This document shows positions 12,483 to 24,109 of a stretch of 64,000 nt of DNA, piece by piece (position 1 is the first letter of the stretch; each line of letters begins with the position of its first letter). Made by a program: the position numbers and the translations under genes. Source of the stretch: Macrostomum lignano (Eukaryota). The stretch lies in contig NIVC01000099.1 in NCBI GenBank assembly GCA_002269645.1, positions 1-64,000 on the forward strand, in the 5' to 3' direction. The notes beneath the pieces were generated by a model, which saw only the letters and a list, made by a program, of their open reading frames with translations, did not search any database and had not been told where the DNA came from.

Positions 12483-13200
12483 GGGGGGGTTTCACAAACT
12501 CGAAATTTCACAACGTCGAAAGCACCTTCTTTCACAAGGTCGAAATTTCACAAGGTCGAAATTTCATAACATCGAAAACTCAAATAGCAGCCACTTTCAC
12601 AAGGTCGAAACTTCACAAGGTCGAAATTTCACAACATCGAAAACTTTAGCAAAGGACTTCATAAGGTCGAAAATTCACAAGGTCGAAATTTCACAACATC
12701 GAAAACTCGAAAAGCAGCCACTTTCATAAGGTAGAAATTTCACAAGGTCGAAATTTCACAACATCGAAAACTTTAGCAAGAGACTTCATAAGGTCGAAAT
12801 TTCACAACGTAGAAAACTACTGTATGGTTCTTGATAGCTTGATAGATAAAATTTTCGACTTTGTGAAATTTCGAGCTTATGAAGTTTCGACCTTGTGAAA
12901 GTGGCTGCACTTGAGTTTTCGATGTTATGAAATTTCGACCTTGTGAAATTTCGACCTTATGAAATCTCTTGCTAGATTTTTCGATGTTGTGAAATTTCGA
13001 CCTTGTGAAGTTTCGACCTTGTGAAAGTGGCTGCTATTTGAGTTTTCGATGTTGTGAAATTTCGACCTTATGAAATTTCGACCTTATGAAGTCTCTTGCT
13101 AAAGTTTTCGATGTTGTGAAATTTCGACCTTGTGAAGTTTCGACCTTGTGAAATAATTTACTTTTCGACGTTGTGAAATTTCGACCTTGTGAAAGCACCC
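12483..13200. mobile_element. Foldback/MITE-like element made of inverted arrays of CACAAGGTCGAAATTT
   Basis: Forward repeats at ~12490-12810, reverse-complement repeats at ~12855-13195, and near-perfect ~35-bp inverted ends. No clear TSD. Confidence 0.7.
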
Positions 13201-13407
13201 CCCACCTACCTTATCTGCCTACCTACCTACCCACCTACTAACTGATTTAGCTACATATCTACCTACTTATCTACCTACTTATCTGCCTACTTACCTACCC
13301 ACCTACCAACTGATTTAGCTACATATCTACCTACTTATCTACCTACTTACCTACCCATCTACCTACCTACCTACCTACCCACCTACCCACCTATCTACCC
13401 ACCTACC
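13200..13407. repeat. (CTAC)n-like low-complexity repeat
   Basis: Also present at ~12415-12475, so it flanks both sides of the foldback element. Confidence 0.8.
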
Positions 13408-13423
13408 ATTGCTCAACCCGCAG

Positions 13424-14239
13424 TCGCTGGCTCGCGAACTGGACGACAGCCGGCGCTCAGCCGCCAACCTGCAGATGGTGCTGGACAAGTTCCAGAATCC
13501 CGGCGCCGCAGCATCTTCATCCGCACTCGATCAGTCCGCCGCGGCGGCGCCTGCCGCTTCCACGCGCAACGACGAAATCCGCGCCTACCGCGACCGCGCC
13601 GCCCGCGCCGAGGCCGAGCGGCTGCGTCTGGCGCGCGAGCTGGAGGCCTGCCGGGCGCAGCTGGCCGAGTCTGCCGAGGCCGTGGCCGCCGCTGGCCGAC
13701 TCGCCGCCGCCGCCGACACTCACGACGACGAGCGGGCGAAGCTGCTGGCCGACGCGGCCGCTGCCCGCGAGGAGGCCGCCGCCGCTGCCGAGGAGATCCG
13801 GGCGCTGAAGGCCGGCAGCGTGGAGAAGCCGCTGATCCGCAGCCTGGTGCTCGCCTGCGTGCACGCGCCCCCTGCCAAGCGGCTGGAGGCCCTGCAGGTC
13901 ATGGCGCACTGTCTGGGTGTCAGCGACGCCGACCTCGCCTCAGCCAGCGGAGGCGGCGTCGTCGGGGGCCCCAGCGCCGTGTCGGGTGTCTCCGCAGCGG
14001 ACGCGGCCGCCGCAGCCGCCAAGAAATCTTTGGGCGAGGAGTTCGTCAAATTCCTGCAGCGAGAGTCCGCGCCCAAGAAGGTGCTGCCGCTGCCGCTGCC
14101 CGCGCCTGAGGAGACCGCGGCCGCTGCGGCCAGGTCCCGGTCCCGATCGCCCTCCGGCGTCTTCCAGGACCCCCAGCTACCGCAGTCAACGCAGCCGCAT
14201 TCTGTGCCAATCCAGCTACTCAACCTCAGCCTACCCTAG
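13424..14239 (+). CDS. TRIP11: TRIP11 terminal exon with GRAB domain
   Basis: AANLQMVLDKFQ; VEKPLIRSLVLACVHAPPAKRLEALQVMAHCLGV; GEEFVKFLQRES match the TRIP11 C-terminus. CAG 13421-23. Confidence 0.85.
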   Translation, partial: SLARELDDSRRSAANLQMVLDKFQNPGAAASSSALDQSAAAAPAASTRNDEIRAYRDRAARAEAERLRLARELEACRAQLAESAEAVAAAGRLAAAADTHDDERAKLLADAAAAREEAAAAAEEIRALKAGSVEKPLIRSLVLACVHAPPAKRLEALQVMAHCLGVSDADLASASGGGVVGGPSAVSGVSAADAAAAAAKKSLGEEFVKFLQRESAPKKVLPLPLPAPEETAAAAARSRSRSPSGVFQDPQLPQSTQPHSVPIQLLNLSLP

Positions 14240-15290
14240 CGCCTCCCCGCCTCTCCCTGCCCGCCTCTCCCTATCTGCTGTCCGCCTCTCCCTATCTGCT
14301 CTCCGCCTCTCCCTATCTGCTCTCTGCCTCTCCCTATCTGCTCTCTGCCTCTCCCTATCTGCTCTCTGCCTCTCCCTATCTGCTCTCTGCCTCTCCCTAT
14401 CTGCTCTCTGCCTCTCCCTATCTGCTCTCTGCCTCTCCCTATCTGCTCTCTGCCTTTCCCTATCTGCTCTCTGCCTCTCCCTATCTGCTCTCTGCCTCTC
14501 CCTATCTGCTCTCTGCCTCTCCCTGCCCGCCTCTCCCTATCTGCTCTCCGCCTCTCCCTGCCCGCCTCTCCCTGCCCGCCTCTCCCTGCCCGCCTCTCCC
14601 TATCTGCTCTCTGCCTCTCCCTGCCCGCCTCTCCCTATCTGCTCTCTGCCTCTCCCTATCTGCTCTCCGCCTCTCCCTGCCCGCCTCTCCCTATCTGCTC
14701 TCCGCCTCTCCCTGCCCGCCTCTCCCTATCTGCTCTCCGCCTCTCCCTGCCCGCCTCTCCCTGCCCGACTCTCCCTATCTGCTCTCCGCCTCTCCCTGCC
14801 CGCCTTTCCCTATCTGCTCTCCGCCTCTCCCTGCCCGCCTCTCCCTATCTGCTCTCCGCCTCTCCCTGCCCGCCTCTCCCTATCTGCTCCCCGCCTCTCC
14901 CTGCCCGCCTCTCCCTATCTGCTCTCCGCCTCTCCCTGCCCGCCTCTCCCTGCCCGCCTCTCCCTATCTGCTCCCCGCCTCTCCCTGCCCGCCTCTCCCT
15001 ATCTGCTCCCCGCCTCTCCCTGCCCGCCTCTCCCTATCTGCTCTCCGCCTCTCCATGCCCGCCTCTCCCTATCTGCTCTCCGCCTCTCCATGCCCGCCTC
15101 TCCCTATCTGCTCCCCGCCTCTCCCTGCCCGCCTCTCCCTATCTGCTCTCCGCCTCTCCCTGCCCGCTCCCCGCCTCTCCCTGCCCGCTCCCCGCCTCTC
15201 CCTGCCCGCTCCCCGCCTCTCCCTGCCCGCTCCCCGCCTCTCCCTGCCCGCTCCCCGCCTCTCCCTACCCCCTCCCTGGCCGCTCCTACT
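14240..15290. repeat. Pyrimidine-rich minisatellite (CCCTATCTGCTCTCCGCCTCT / CCCTGCCCGCCTCT)
   Basis: Starts immediately after the TRIP11 stop codon. Confidence 0.92.
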
Positions 15291-15909
15291 CCCTCCGCTA
15301 TTAACAATCCCAGTAGTCTCCTGTGTCCGTTTGTCACCGGCTGTGTCAAGACTGTCAATTGCTTACCGCCTGTTTCATTATTGCAGTTCGGAATTTGCCG
15401 CCTATGCTTGATATTCTACTCAAAACTTGCTCTGCCGCTAGTGATAATTGTGGCACGACATATCGGTAGCCCTAAACTGGTCAATCAATATAATCAGCAT
15501 GGTTTTGGGGTTCCCATCGAGTCTGCAGATTGCGTGCCATTATAAATGTACGGTGTTGTCGATCGCTCATTTCCATTGCATCATTGCTGTTACCTGAATC
15601 TATCGAACAAAACCATTAAATGCTCATGGCATTGAACCGTGTTGGATATTCAATGCTTGGCGCGTATAGAAACTTGTGTACTTGCTGTTCTGTTTTCTCT
15701 GTTGATGCACAATGGAACATTGGATTAAATATTGGTACATTATGTAAATACAGGTGTACTGCCAGACTCCCGCCCCTGGTTCTGAGTCCCCAATTCATTT
15801 CTGATTTTGTCTGACCGCTTTGCCTGCTGGGTGCACATTTTCTGGCCTGGCCTCCGTGTTTCTGTTTTACGGGACACTGGGTGGGAGCAAATGCTTGGGC
15901 GGCTGTGAG

Positions 15910-16757
15910 AGTCAGGGGTGGCAGTGAGATAGAGGGGCTGGCAGTGAGAGGGAGAGGCTGGCAGTGAGATAGAGGGGCTGGCAGTGAGAGAGAGAGAGGC
16001 TGGTAGTGAGATAGAGAGGCTGGAAGTGAGAGGGAGAGGTTGGCAGAGAGAGGGAGAGATTGGCAGTGAGATAGAGGGGCTGGCAGTGAGATAGAGGGGC
16101 TGGCAGTGAGATGGAGAGATTGGCAGTGAGATAGAGGGGCTGGCAGTGAGATAGAGGGGCTGGCAGTGAGAGAGAGAGAGGCTGGTAGTGAGATAGAGAG
16201 GCTGGAAGTGAGAGGGAGAGGTTGGCAGAGAGAGGGAGAGATTGGCAGTGAGATAGAGGGGCTGGCAGTGAGATAGAGGGGCTGGCAGTGAGATAGAGGG
16301 GCTGGCAGTGAGAGAGAGGCTGGCAGTGAGATAGAGGCGCTGACAGTGAGAGGGAGAGGCTGGCAGTGAGATAGAGGGGCTGGCAGTGAGATAGAGGGGC
16401 TGGCAGTGAGAGAGAGAGAGGCTGGTAGTGAGATAGAGAGGCTGGAAGTGAGAGGGAGAGGTTGGCAGTGAGAGGGAGAGATTGGCAGTGAGATAGAGGG
16501 GCTGGCAGTGAGAGGGAGAGGCTGGCAGTGAGATAGAGGGGCTGGCAGTGAGATAGAGGGGCTGGCAGTGAGAGAGAGAGAGGCTGGCAGTGAGATAGAG
16601 AGGCTGGAAGTGAGAGAGAGAGGTTGGCAGTGAGAGGGAGAGGCTGGCAGTGAGATGGAGGGGCTGGCAGTGAGAGAGAGGCTGGCAGTGAGATAGAGGG
16701 GCTGGCAGTGAGAGGGAGAGGCTGGAACTGAGAGAGGGAGGCCGGCAGTGAGAGGGA
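15910..16757. repeat. 20-bp minisatellite (GGCAGTGAGATAGAGGGGCT)n
   Basis: Tandem copies. Confidence 0.92.
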
Positions 16758-17446
16758 CAGAATGATAGCAGCTATTGCTAGTAATCTGTAAGCGCAGAGT
16801 GAGGCTGAAGGGCAGTCGTGGCCATTGTAAGACAACTGACGGCGCACTGCAGATAGTGTAGAACACAACGGGAACAAAAGTACATTCACATGCCAACAGA
16901 GACCTGAGAAAGTCCAGTGGGCTGTCGATTTGAGTTGCTAGTGGCTTTAGGATCCACTCTGCTGGCAAGAGCGGGTTGTACTGGGTGCATTTACATGTGT
17001 ATTTATCATTGTTTATGATGGCTACTCACTGGAGCCAGGTGCGGTCGTGTGGATCAAAAGTACATCAGGTCAGTCTGTAAAAGTCTAGGAATGTAGCCGC
17101 AGTTGTGGATACAAGAGCTGTCTGGCTTACAGAGCAGAAGTTACAAGATAAGGGCAAGAGAGAAAATGAATAAATAGAATACGCAAAGGCTTATAGTGGC
17201 AAGTACATGTTATATATTATACTAAGAATCTACTACAGGTTGTCATGGCAGTCGCACTAGTATCGCGAGAGCAGAGGAAAAACTGAAACAGTTCTATCTG
17301 ATAATAATCGAGTATTATGTGTACAGCAGCTCAGTGGGTGAATTGTTGTTAAACATCGATACAGCGGTCAGGTCAATACATTGAATTAAATTTGCACAGC
17401 AAAAAATATTTCGTTGAACGGGGACATCTGCAGTACTGCGGGCCGC

Positions 17447-17808
17447 TGGCAGTGAGGGGGAGAGGGAGGCAGTGAGAGGGAGAGGGCAGTGAGGGGGGAG
17501 GAAGGCAGTGAGGGGAGAGGGGGGCAGTGAGGGGGAGAGGGAGGCAGTGAGGGTAGAGGGAGGCAGTGAGGGGGAGAGGGAGGCAGTGAGGGGGGAGAGG
17601 GTGGCAGTGAGGGGTAGGAGGCAGTGAGGGGAGAGGGTGGCAGTGAGGGGTAGGAGGCAGTGAGGGGAGAGGGAGGCAGTGAGGGGTAGGAGGCAGTGAG
17701 GGGAGAGGGAGGCAGTGAGGGGTAGGAGGCAGTGAGGGGAGAGGGAGGCAGTGAGGGGGAGAGGGGGCAGTGAGGGGGAGGAGGAAGTGAGGGGTAGGAG
17801 GCAGTGAG
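17447..17808. repeat. ~20-bp minisatellite (GGGAGGCAGTGAGGGGGAGA)n
   Basis: Shares the GGCAGTGAG core with the 15.9-16.8 kb array. Confidence 0.9.
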
Positions 17809-17942
17809 TAGTGGATGTGCAGCATTTTGTGCGACACAGTCAGATGACAGTCAAAATACACTGTGTTCCGCAGTCTGCAGTGCGAGTTTACATGCAGTTC
17901 TGTTCGATTCCGACAGCACCGCTCGAGTTCGCGTCCTCAGCT

Positions 17943-18479
17943 TCAGCCGGTCTGCACCCGCACATGGCGGGACAGCAGCGACAAGTAGAAGTCGACGCTC
18001 TTGACCTCGGTGAGCAGGAACAAGACCCTGTTGTACATGTCCATGGCATCGGCCGAGTCCCTGCCCAGCACCTTCAGCAGGTCCTGTGTGCAGCGCAGGT
18101 ACAAATTCTGGTAGCCCCGCAGCTGGCGCTCGTCCACTCGCACAGTCTTGTAGTCGGGCAGGAAGAAGTACATGCCCAGCAGCAGCACCACCCCGATGTT
18201 CAGCCGGTCCCGGAACAGGCCGTGGCACTGCTCGTACAGACGAGCGGCCGCCAAGTACACCGTGGCCACCTCGGCGTCGGAAATCAGGGGAATGTCGCCC
18301 TTGGTGAGGTCAGCGAACAGCCCGTTGACGATGTCCAGCAGCGGCTGCTGAAGGCTGTCGGCAGTGTCGCGGCAGCTGGCATCGAAGGAGGCGGCCGGGG
18401 CGCAGCGGACGGTCATGATGCCGCTGGCCGGGTGGTAGTGCAGGCCGCGCAGGATGCTGATGAGGCCGCTGATCTTCTC
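17943..18479 (-). CDS. Nuclear receptor exon 4 (C-terminal LBD)
   Basis: EKISGLISILRG..MYNRVLFLLTEVKSV (helix 10-like). CAG acceptor 18482-80, phase 0. A further small exon cannot be excluded. Confidence 0.7.
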   Translation of the reverse strand, partial: EKISGLISILRGLHYHPASGIMTVRCAPAASFDASCRDTADSLQQPLLDIVNGLFADLTKGDIPLISDAEVATVYLAAARLYEQCHGLFRDRLNIGVVLLLGMYFFLPDYKTVRVDERQLRGYQNLYLRCTQDLLKVLGRDSADAMDMYNRVLFLLTEVKSVDFYLSLLSRHVRVQTG

Positions 18480-18519
18480 CTGCGGGCGGCGTTGGAGAGT
18501 TCGGCTCTGCAGCGGATCT

Positions 18520-19955
18520 GATGAGAGTCTGCCTTGCCTATCTCTGAGAGTGTGCTTAATATGTCTCTGAGATTCTGCCTCGCCTGTCTCTGAGAGTCTA
18601 CTTCGCCTGTCTCTGAGATTCTGCCTCGCCTGTCTCTGAGATTCTGCCTCGCCTGTCTCTGAGATTCTGCCTCGCCTGTCTCTGAGAGTCTACTTCGCCT
18701 GTCTCTGAGATTCTGCCTCGCCTGTCTCTGAGATTCTGCCTCGCCTGTCTCTGAGATTCTGCCTCGCCTGTCTCTGAGGTCTGCTTCGCCTGTCTCTGAG
18801 ATTCTGCCTCGCCTGTCTTTGAGAGTCTGCTTCGCCTGTCTCTGAGATTCTGCCTCGCCTGTCTCTGAGAGTCTACTTCGCCTGTCTCTGAGATTCTGCC
18901 TCGCCTGTCTTTGAGAGTCTGCTTCGCCTGTCTCTGAGATTCTGCCTCGCCTGTCTCTGAGATTCTGCCTCGCCTGTCTCTGAGGTCTGCTTCGCCTGTC
19001 TCTGAGATTCTGCCTCGCCTGTCTTTGAGAGTCTGCTTCGCCTGTCTCTGAGATTCTGCCTCGCCTGTCTCTGAGATTCTGCCTCGCCTGTCTCTGAGAT
19101 TCTGCCTCGCATGTCTCTGAGATTCTGCCTCGCCTGTCTCTGAGATTCTGCCTCGCCTGTCTCTGAGATTCTGCCTCGCCTGTCTCTGAGGTCTGCTTCG
19201 CCTGTCTTTGAGAGTCTGCTTCGCCTGTCTCTGAGATTCTGCCTCGCCTGTCTCTGAGAGTCTACTTCGCCTGTCTCTGAGATTCTGCCTCGCCTGTCTT
19301 TGAGAGTCTGCTTCGCCTGTCTCTGAGATTCTGCCTCGCCTGTCTCTGAGATTCTGCCTCGCCTGTCTCTGAGGTCTGCTTCGCCTGTCTCTGAGATTCT
19401 GCCTCGCCTGTCTTTGAGAGTCTGCTTCGCCTGTCTCTGAGATTCTGCCTCGCCTGTCTCTGAGATTCTGCCTCGCCTGTCTCTGAGATTCTGCCTCGCA
19501 TGTCTCTGAGATTCTGCCTCGCCTGTCTCTGAGATTCTGCCTCGCCTGTCTCTGAGATTCTGCCTCGCCTGTCTCTGAGGTCTGCTTCGCCTGTCTTTGA
19601 GAGTCTGCTTCGCCTGTCTCTGAGAGTCTGCTTCGCCTGTCTCTGAGAGTCTACTTCGCCTGTCTCTGAGATTCTGCCTCGCCTGTCTTTGAGAGTCTGC
19701 TTCGCCTGTCTCTGAGATTCTGCCTCGCCTGTCTCTGAGAGTCTGCTTCGCCTGTCTCTGAGATTCTGCCTCGCCTGTCTCTGAGATTCTGCCTCGCCTG
19801 TCTCTGAGATTCTGCCTCGTCTGTCTCTGAGAGTCTGCCTCGCCTGTCTGAGATTCTGCCTCTCCTGTCTCTGATAGTCGGCTTTACCTGCCCCTGAGAG
19901 TCTGCTTCACCTGCCCCTGAGAGTCTGCTTCACCTGCCCCTGAGAGTCTGCTTCA
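18520..19955. repeat. 22-bp minisatellite (CTGCCTCGCCTGTCTCTGAGATT-like) in nuclear receptor intron
   Basis: About 60 copies, with a block duplication of about 389 bp (the same ORF appears at 18873 and 19262). Confidence 0.93.
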
Positions 19956-20027
19956 CCTGTGCCCAAGAATCTGCCTTGCAACGCTGTCCCACAAAAAGTC
20001 AAGGCTTGAATGCCGAGCAGCTCTCAC

Positions 20028-20440
20028 CGACACCATGGCCGACACGAGACGCCTGTCGAGCTCCTCGAAGAAGGGCAGGAACCGGATGATCGACAGTGTC
20101 CTCTTGGTGACGGCCTCCAGCAGGTTCAGGCCGCTCAGCGTGTCCCGCACGGCCAGGCTCTCCCTGGGGCAGTCGAACGGCATGCAGAACATGTCCGCCA
20201 GTTTGTAAAAGTGCACAAACAGGCTCCTGTCCATCAGCGGCGCGCCCTCCTCATCGCCTCCAGCCAGACTGCGGATCAGCCCGAGTGGCGGCGCGGCCGA
20301 TGGATCCACGGATGGGGGCGCCGGCGCCAACTGCGTCTGCGGCGGCGAGCGGGAGGCGGCTTCCTCGAATTGGGTCGGTGACGAGGACGCCTTGCTGGAC
20401 TGGCGCCCGCGCTGCTGCTGCTTCGAGTTTCCCAGGGCGC
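20028..20440 (-). CDS. Nuclear receptor exon 3 (hinge plus LBD helices 3-4)
   Basis: AVTKRTLSIIRFLPFFEELDRRLVSAM resembles the LBD signature. Phase-1 acceptor and GTGAGA donor. Confidence 0.7.
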
Positions 20441-20477
20441 CTTCGGGTGAAATTTGCGAGTTGCATATAATCACCGA

Positions 20478-20668
20478 TTGTCAACATGACGCCAAATTAG
20501 CGCCGATTGTTAACATGGGCGCCAAATTAGCGCCGATTGTCAACATGGCGCCAAATTAGCGCCGATTGTTAACATGGGCGCCAAATTAGCGCCGATTGAC
20601 AACATATCGCCAAATTAGCGCCGATTGACAACATGGCGCCAAATTAGCGCCGATTGTTAACATGGCGC
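20478..20668. repeat. ~29-bp minisatellite (CGCCAAATTAGCGCCGATTGTTAACATGG)n
   Basis: About 6 copies in nuclear receptor intron 2. Confidence 0.85.
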
Positions 20669-20758
20669 TAATTTAGAGCCAAAATTGTTGTCACCTTTGT
20701 AGAAACGGCGCCAAGCAAGCATGAAAGGCGGCACGAGAAGAAGAGGCCAACCACTCAC

Positions 20759-20915
20759 CAGCAGCAGTTCCGGTTGCGGTCTTCTTGAACTTGTACTTTC
20801 TCTCCCGGCTCTTCTGCATGCCGGCCAAGAGGCATTTTTGAAATCGGCAGGCGGCGCAGGACTTTCTGGACGGGCCGACGATCCGGCAGTTGCCGTTCTG
20901 GTAGCAGACCAGTTG
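20759..20915 (-). CDS. Nuclear receptor exon 2 (second C4 zinc finger)
   Basis: QLVCYQNGNCRIVGPSRKSCAACRFQKCLLAGM. CAG acceptor and GTGAGT donor. Confidence 0.9.
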
Positions 20916-21003
20916 CTGGGGCGGAGGGTGGCGGGAGGATGTCCGGCTGTCGCGTTCTGGACAAACTTTGGTTACTATAAGAGGGCTGGAAGGGTTGGCA
21001 GTG

Positions 21004-21668
21004 GCCCCTGAAGTACCAGCGGAAGGAGGGTATCAGCAGCCCCTGAAGTACCAGCGGAGGGGGTATCAGCAGCCCTGAAGTACCAGCGGAGGGGGTATCA
21101 GCAGCCCCTGAAGTACCAGCGGAGGGGGTATCAGCAGCCCCTGAAGTACCAGCGGAGGGGGTATCAGCAGCCCCTGAAGTACCAGCGGAGGGGGTATCAG
21201 CAGCCCCTGAAGTACCAGCGGAGGGGGTATCAGCAGCCCCTGAAGTACCAGCGGAGGGGGTATCAGCAGCCCCTGAAGTACCAGCGGAGGGGGTATCAGC
21301 AGCCCCTGAAGTACCAGCGGAGGGGGTATCAGCAGCCCCTGAAGTACCAGCGGAGGGGGTATCAGCAGCCCCTGAAGTACCAGCGGAGGGGGTATCAGCA
21401 GCCCCTGAAGTACCAGCGGAGGGGGTATCAGCAGCCCCTGAAGTACCAGCGGAGGGGGTATCAGCAGCCCCTGAAGTACCAGCGGAGGGGGTATCAGCAG
21501 CCCCTGAAGTACCAGCGGAGGGGGTATCAGCAGCCCCTGAAGTACCAGCGGAGGGGGTATCAGCAGCCCCTGAAGTACCAGCGGAGGGGGTATCAGCAGC
21601 CCCTGAAGTACCAGCGGAGGGGGTATCAGCAGCCCCTGAAGTACCAGCGGAGGGGGTATCAGCAGCCC
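21004..21668. repeat. 33-bp minisatellite (CCCCTGAAGTACCAGCGGAGGGGGTATCAGCAG)n
   Basis: About 20 near-identical copies in the intron splitting the two zinc fingers. Confidence 0.95.
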
Positions 21669-21722
21669 TCACCCGTACGGGAGAAGCACAGCAAGCGCAT
21701 GTCACAGTGACACAGGCCTCAC

Positions 21723-21947
21723 CTTTCCGGTGTTTCTGCTGTAGAAAATGCGGCAGCTGACGCAACTCGGCACGCCGAAATTCTTGCGCACGTTGGCGCC
21801 GGTGCCGCAGACCTGGCACTCCTCCAGCGGCCGGCAGGTGGCGGTCAGCAGGGAGCTCTCGGGCTTGAGCATCGCCATGGGAACTGCTGGCAGCTGAGCA
21901 ACTGCCACGCTGGGCTGCTGTGCTGCGGTGTGCATCACTGACTGCAT
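21723..21947 (-). CDS. Nuclear receptor exon 1 (first C4 zinc finger)
   Basis: CQVCGTGANVRKNFGVPSCVSCRIFYSRN. AAG|GTGAGG donor. ATG at 21947 is the most 5' in-frame ATG. The four exons total 443 aa. Confidence 0.85.
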
Positions 21948-24109
21948 GCTTCGGCAGCGCGGGGGAGTCAAGTCGAGCGGACTTGTGGGCTCTTGATTGA
22001 CTTTCCAAGTTTTTGCCTGTTTTCTGTACCGACTCCGTCAGAAAAGGGGAATGACAATTGTAAAGACCGTTTAAATATCTTTTCAGTAGTTCAGTGTGTC
22101 GATCAACAAATCACAAAGTTGGGGAAAGGAGTTTGAAATTTGGCTAAGGTGCACGGAGCATCCCAGTTAGATTTCCTGGGAATTGGGGAAGGAATTAAGT
22201 GCTGTTAGTTGTCAGTCGGCAACACGGGCAGTTTGAGATTCAGTTGGATAGGGCAAGTTGGATGGGGCAGGTTGGATAGGGCAAGAGAAGCAGGCAGGCT
22301 TAACTAAAATGCGTCAGTTGGGTTGTAGTAGCCGGGTTGAGAAACACTATGATAGCCAACAGGCAAAAACAGCGGAGGGCAGAGAGAGACAGAACCGGGG
22401 CTCTTCCTGTCATTGGCTGCGGGGTTGAGAATTCAGAAGGAAGGTTTGCCCGCAGGGCCTGCAGAGGGAATGCAGGGTGGGGTTGAGTCAGTAGAGAACG
22501 AACGAACCAAACGGCAAAACAAGTCTTGCTGGGGCTGAGCGGTGGGTGGTGGGTATTTTCCCTCAAAACTAGGGGGTGGGTGGGTCCTGTGTTGTTTGCA
22601 CTTTAGGCACGGGCAGACAGTGGAGGCTGTCGGGGCATATGAAATAAATGGCCTTCACAATTCCCAGGCCGATTCTCATTGGCTGCCGGGGAGTAAAGGT
22701 CAGCCAATGCGAGGGCCCGAGACTGAAATTGCTTCTGCCCTTCAAGTTCTTAGTGTACATTTTAGTCAGTTGGGCAAGGCCTCGTACAGTAAGAAAGAAC
22801 TTCATATGAACCTTCTTGAGGTAAGGTCAGCCAGCTTAATGGCACGCACGCGATGCTTTGACGTTTTTGAAATTGAATGCCTGCCTTGTAAAGGAAAAAG
22901 GTCCTTCAACAGAAGCTTCAACATAAAACATTTTAATAAAAACCAGGCTCAGGCAGTTTTCAAGGGATTATTCAAATTTGAATGAAATGAACTATTGTAT
23001 TTTAACGAACTTTACTTTTCGAAAAATGATAAATAAGTTTGTTGAAAGTAGTACATAGTGTCTGAGAGATAGATCATTGTCGATCAAACCATGCATTTCA
23101 GGCAGATCAAAAATATTCAAGTAACATTTATCCGTTCGTTGCGATTTTTATTTCTTCGTTCTTACTGTGCCAGAGCCGCACAGCGAGTGCTGGTTTTGTT
23201 GCTAAAAATAAATGCTTGGCAGTGCTTAGTGCGCATAGAAAGGAAACTGGAAAGATTAACCGGGCCTCTCCTTTTTGCTCCACCCAGTGCGCTGCTATTC
23301 GCTGCGCAAAAACAAATCGAGTTTATTTTAGAGTTTGGACGCAATCTTTTATTGCGGCTGAGGCTGATGAGAATTGAGAGAGCTGGCTGGCCATTCAAGA
23401 CAGAAACAGAATGCATTTTTCAATGAAAAAATAGCTTTCAAACAGCCGAAAAAATTCAACAGTAACAAATCTATTATACTCGTAAGTAAATCTTATTCTA
23501 ATTTGTAGGAACAGATTGCACACAGGCTGTGCAGAAGCTACAGCAGTGCAAAAGTGCAAATCACATGATAATAACTCACTGCCAATTGCTTGAGCTGCCC
23601 CAGCATTGGACGCAATTGGGGTGGGTGCTTACAGAACGGGGAACGGGGTGGTGCGGGACAGGACCACGCGGGGCCGGCGTGCAAGTGTCCGCGAACTCGC
23701 AAACCAGCTAGCTCTTCACATGCTGCACATGCATTAGTGCACAAGTACTGATGTACGCATCAGATGTTAAACAGCAACCCAGCTGTCCTTTTCTGCGATC
23801 CAGAAATCTAGCTGCACAGTTATTTTGAACCGTAATAAACAGTGCTATGCATGTACTCTATGCATGGGTGACAGACACTTTCTATGCAATTATTTTGCTT
23901 GCTTTTTGGAGATTAAGGTAAAGCTAACACGGCTAAATTAAATTGCTTGTACCAACAGTACACACGGCAGCCCACTGCCTGCTCAAGCACACTATTACAT
24001 GTACTCACTTGGAATCTCACTGCATTCACTGGCCTCTCACTCACTGAGGGAGATGAAGAGGGGGGAGAGGGGGTGAAAGAAGGCAGAGAAAGGATGGGGA
24101 GAGGGTATA

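Noticed and set aside
13917-16968. Long Pro/Ser/Leu-rich ORFs
   Set aside because: Repeat-derived.
21004-21668. CRISPR-like regular array
   Set aside because: No unique spacers; head-to-tail intronic repeat in a eukaryote.
22542-23426. ORFs upstream of the nuclear receptor
   Set aside because: No recognisable domain or splice support.
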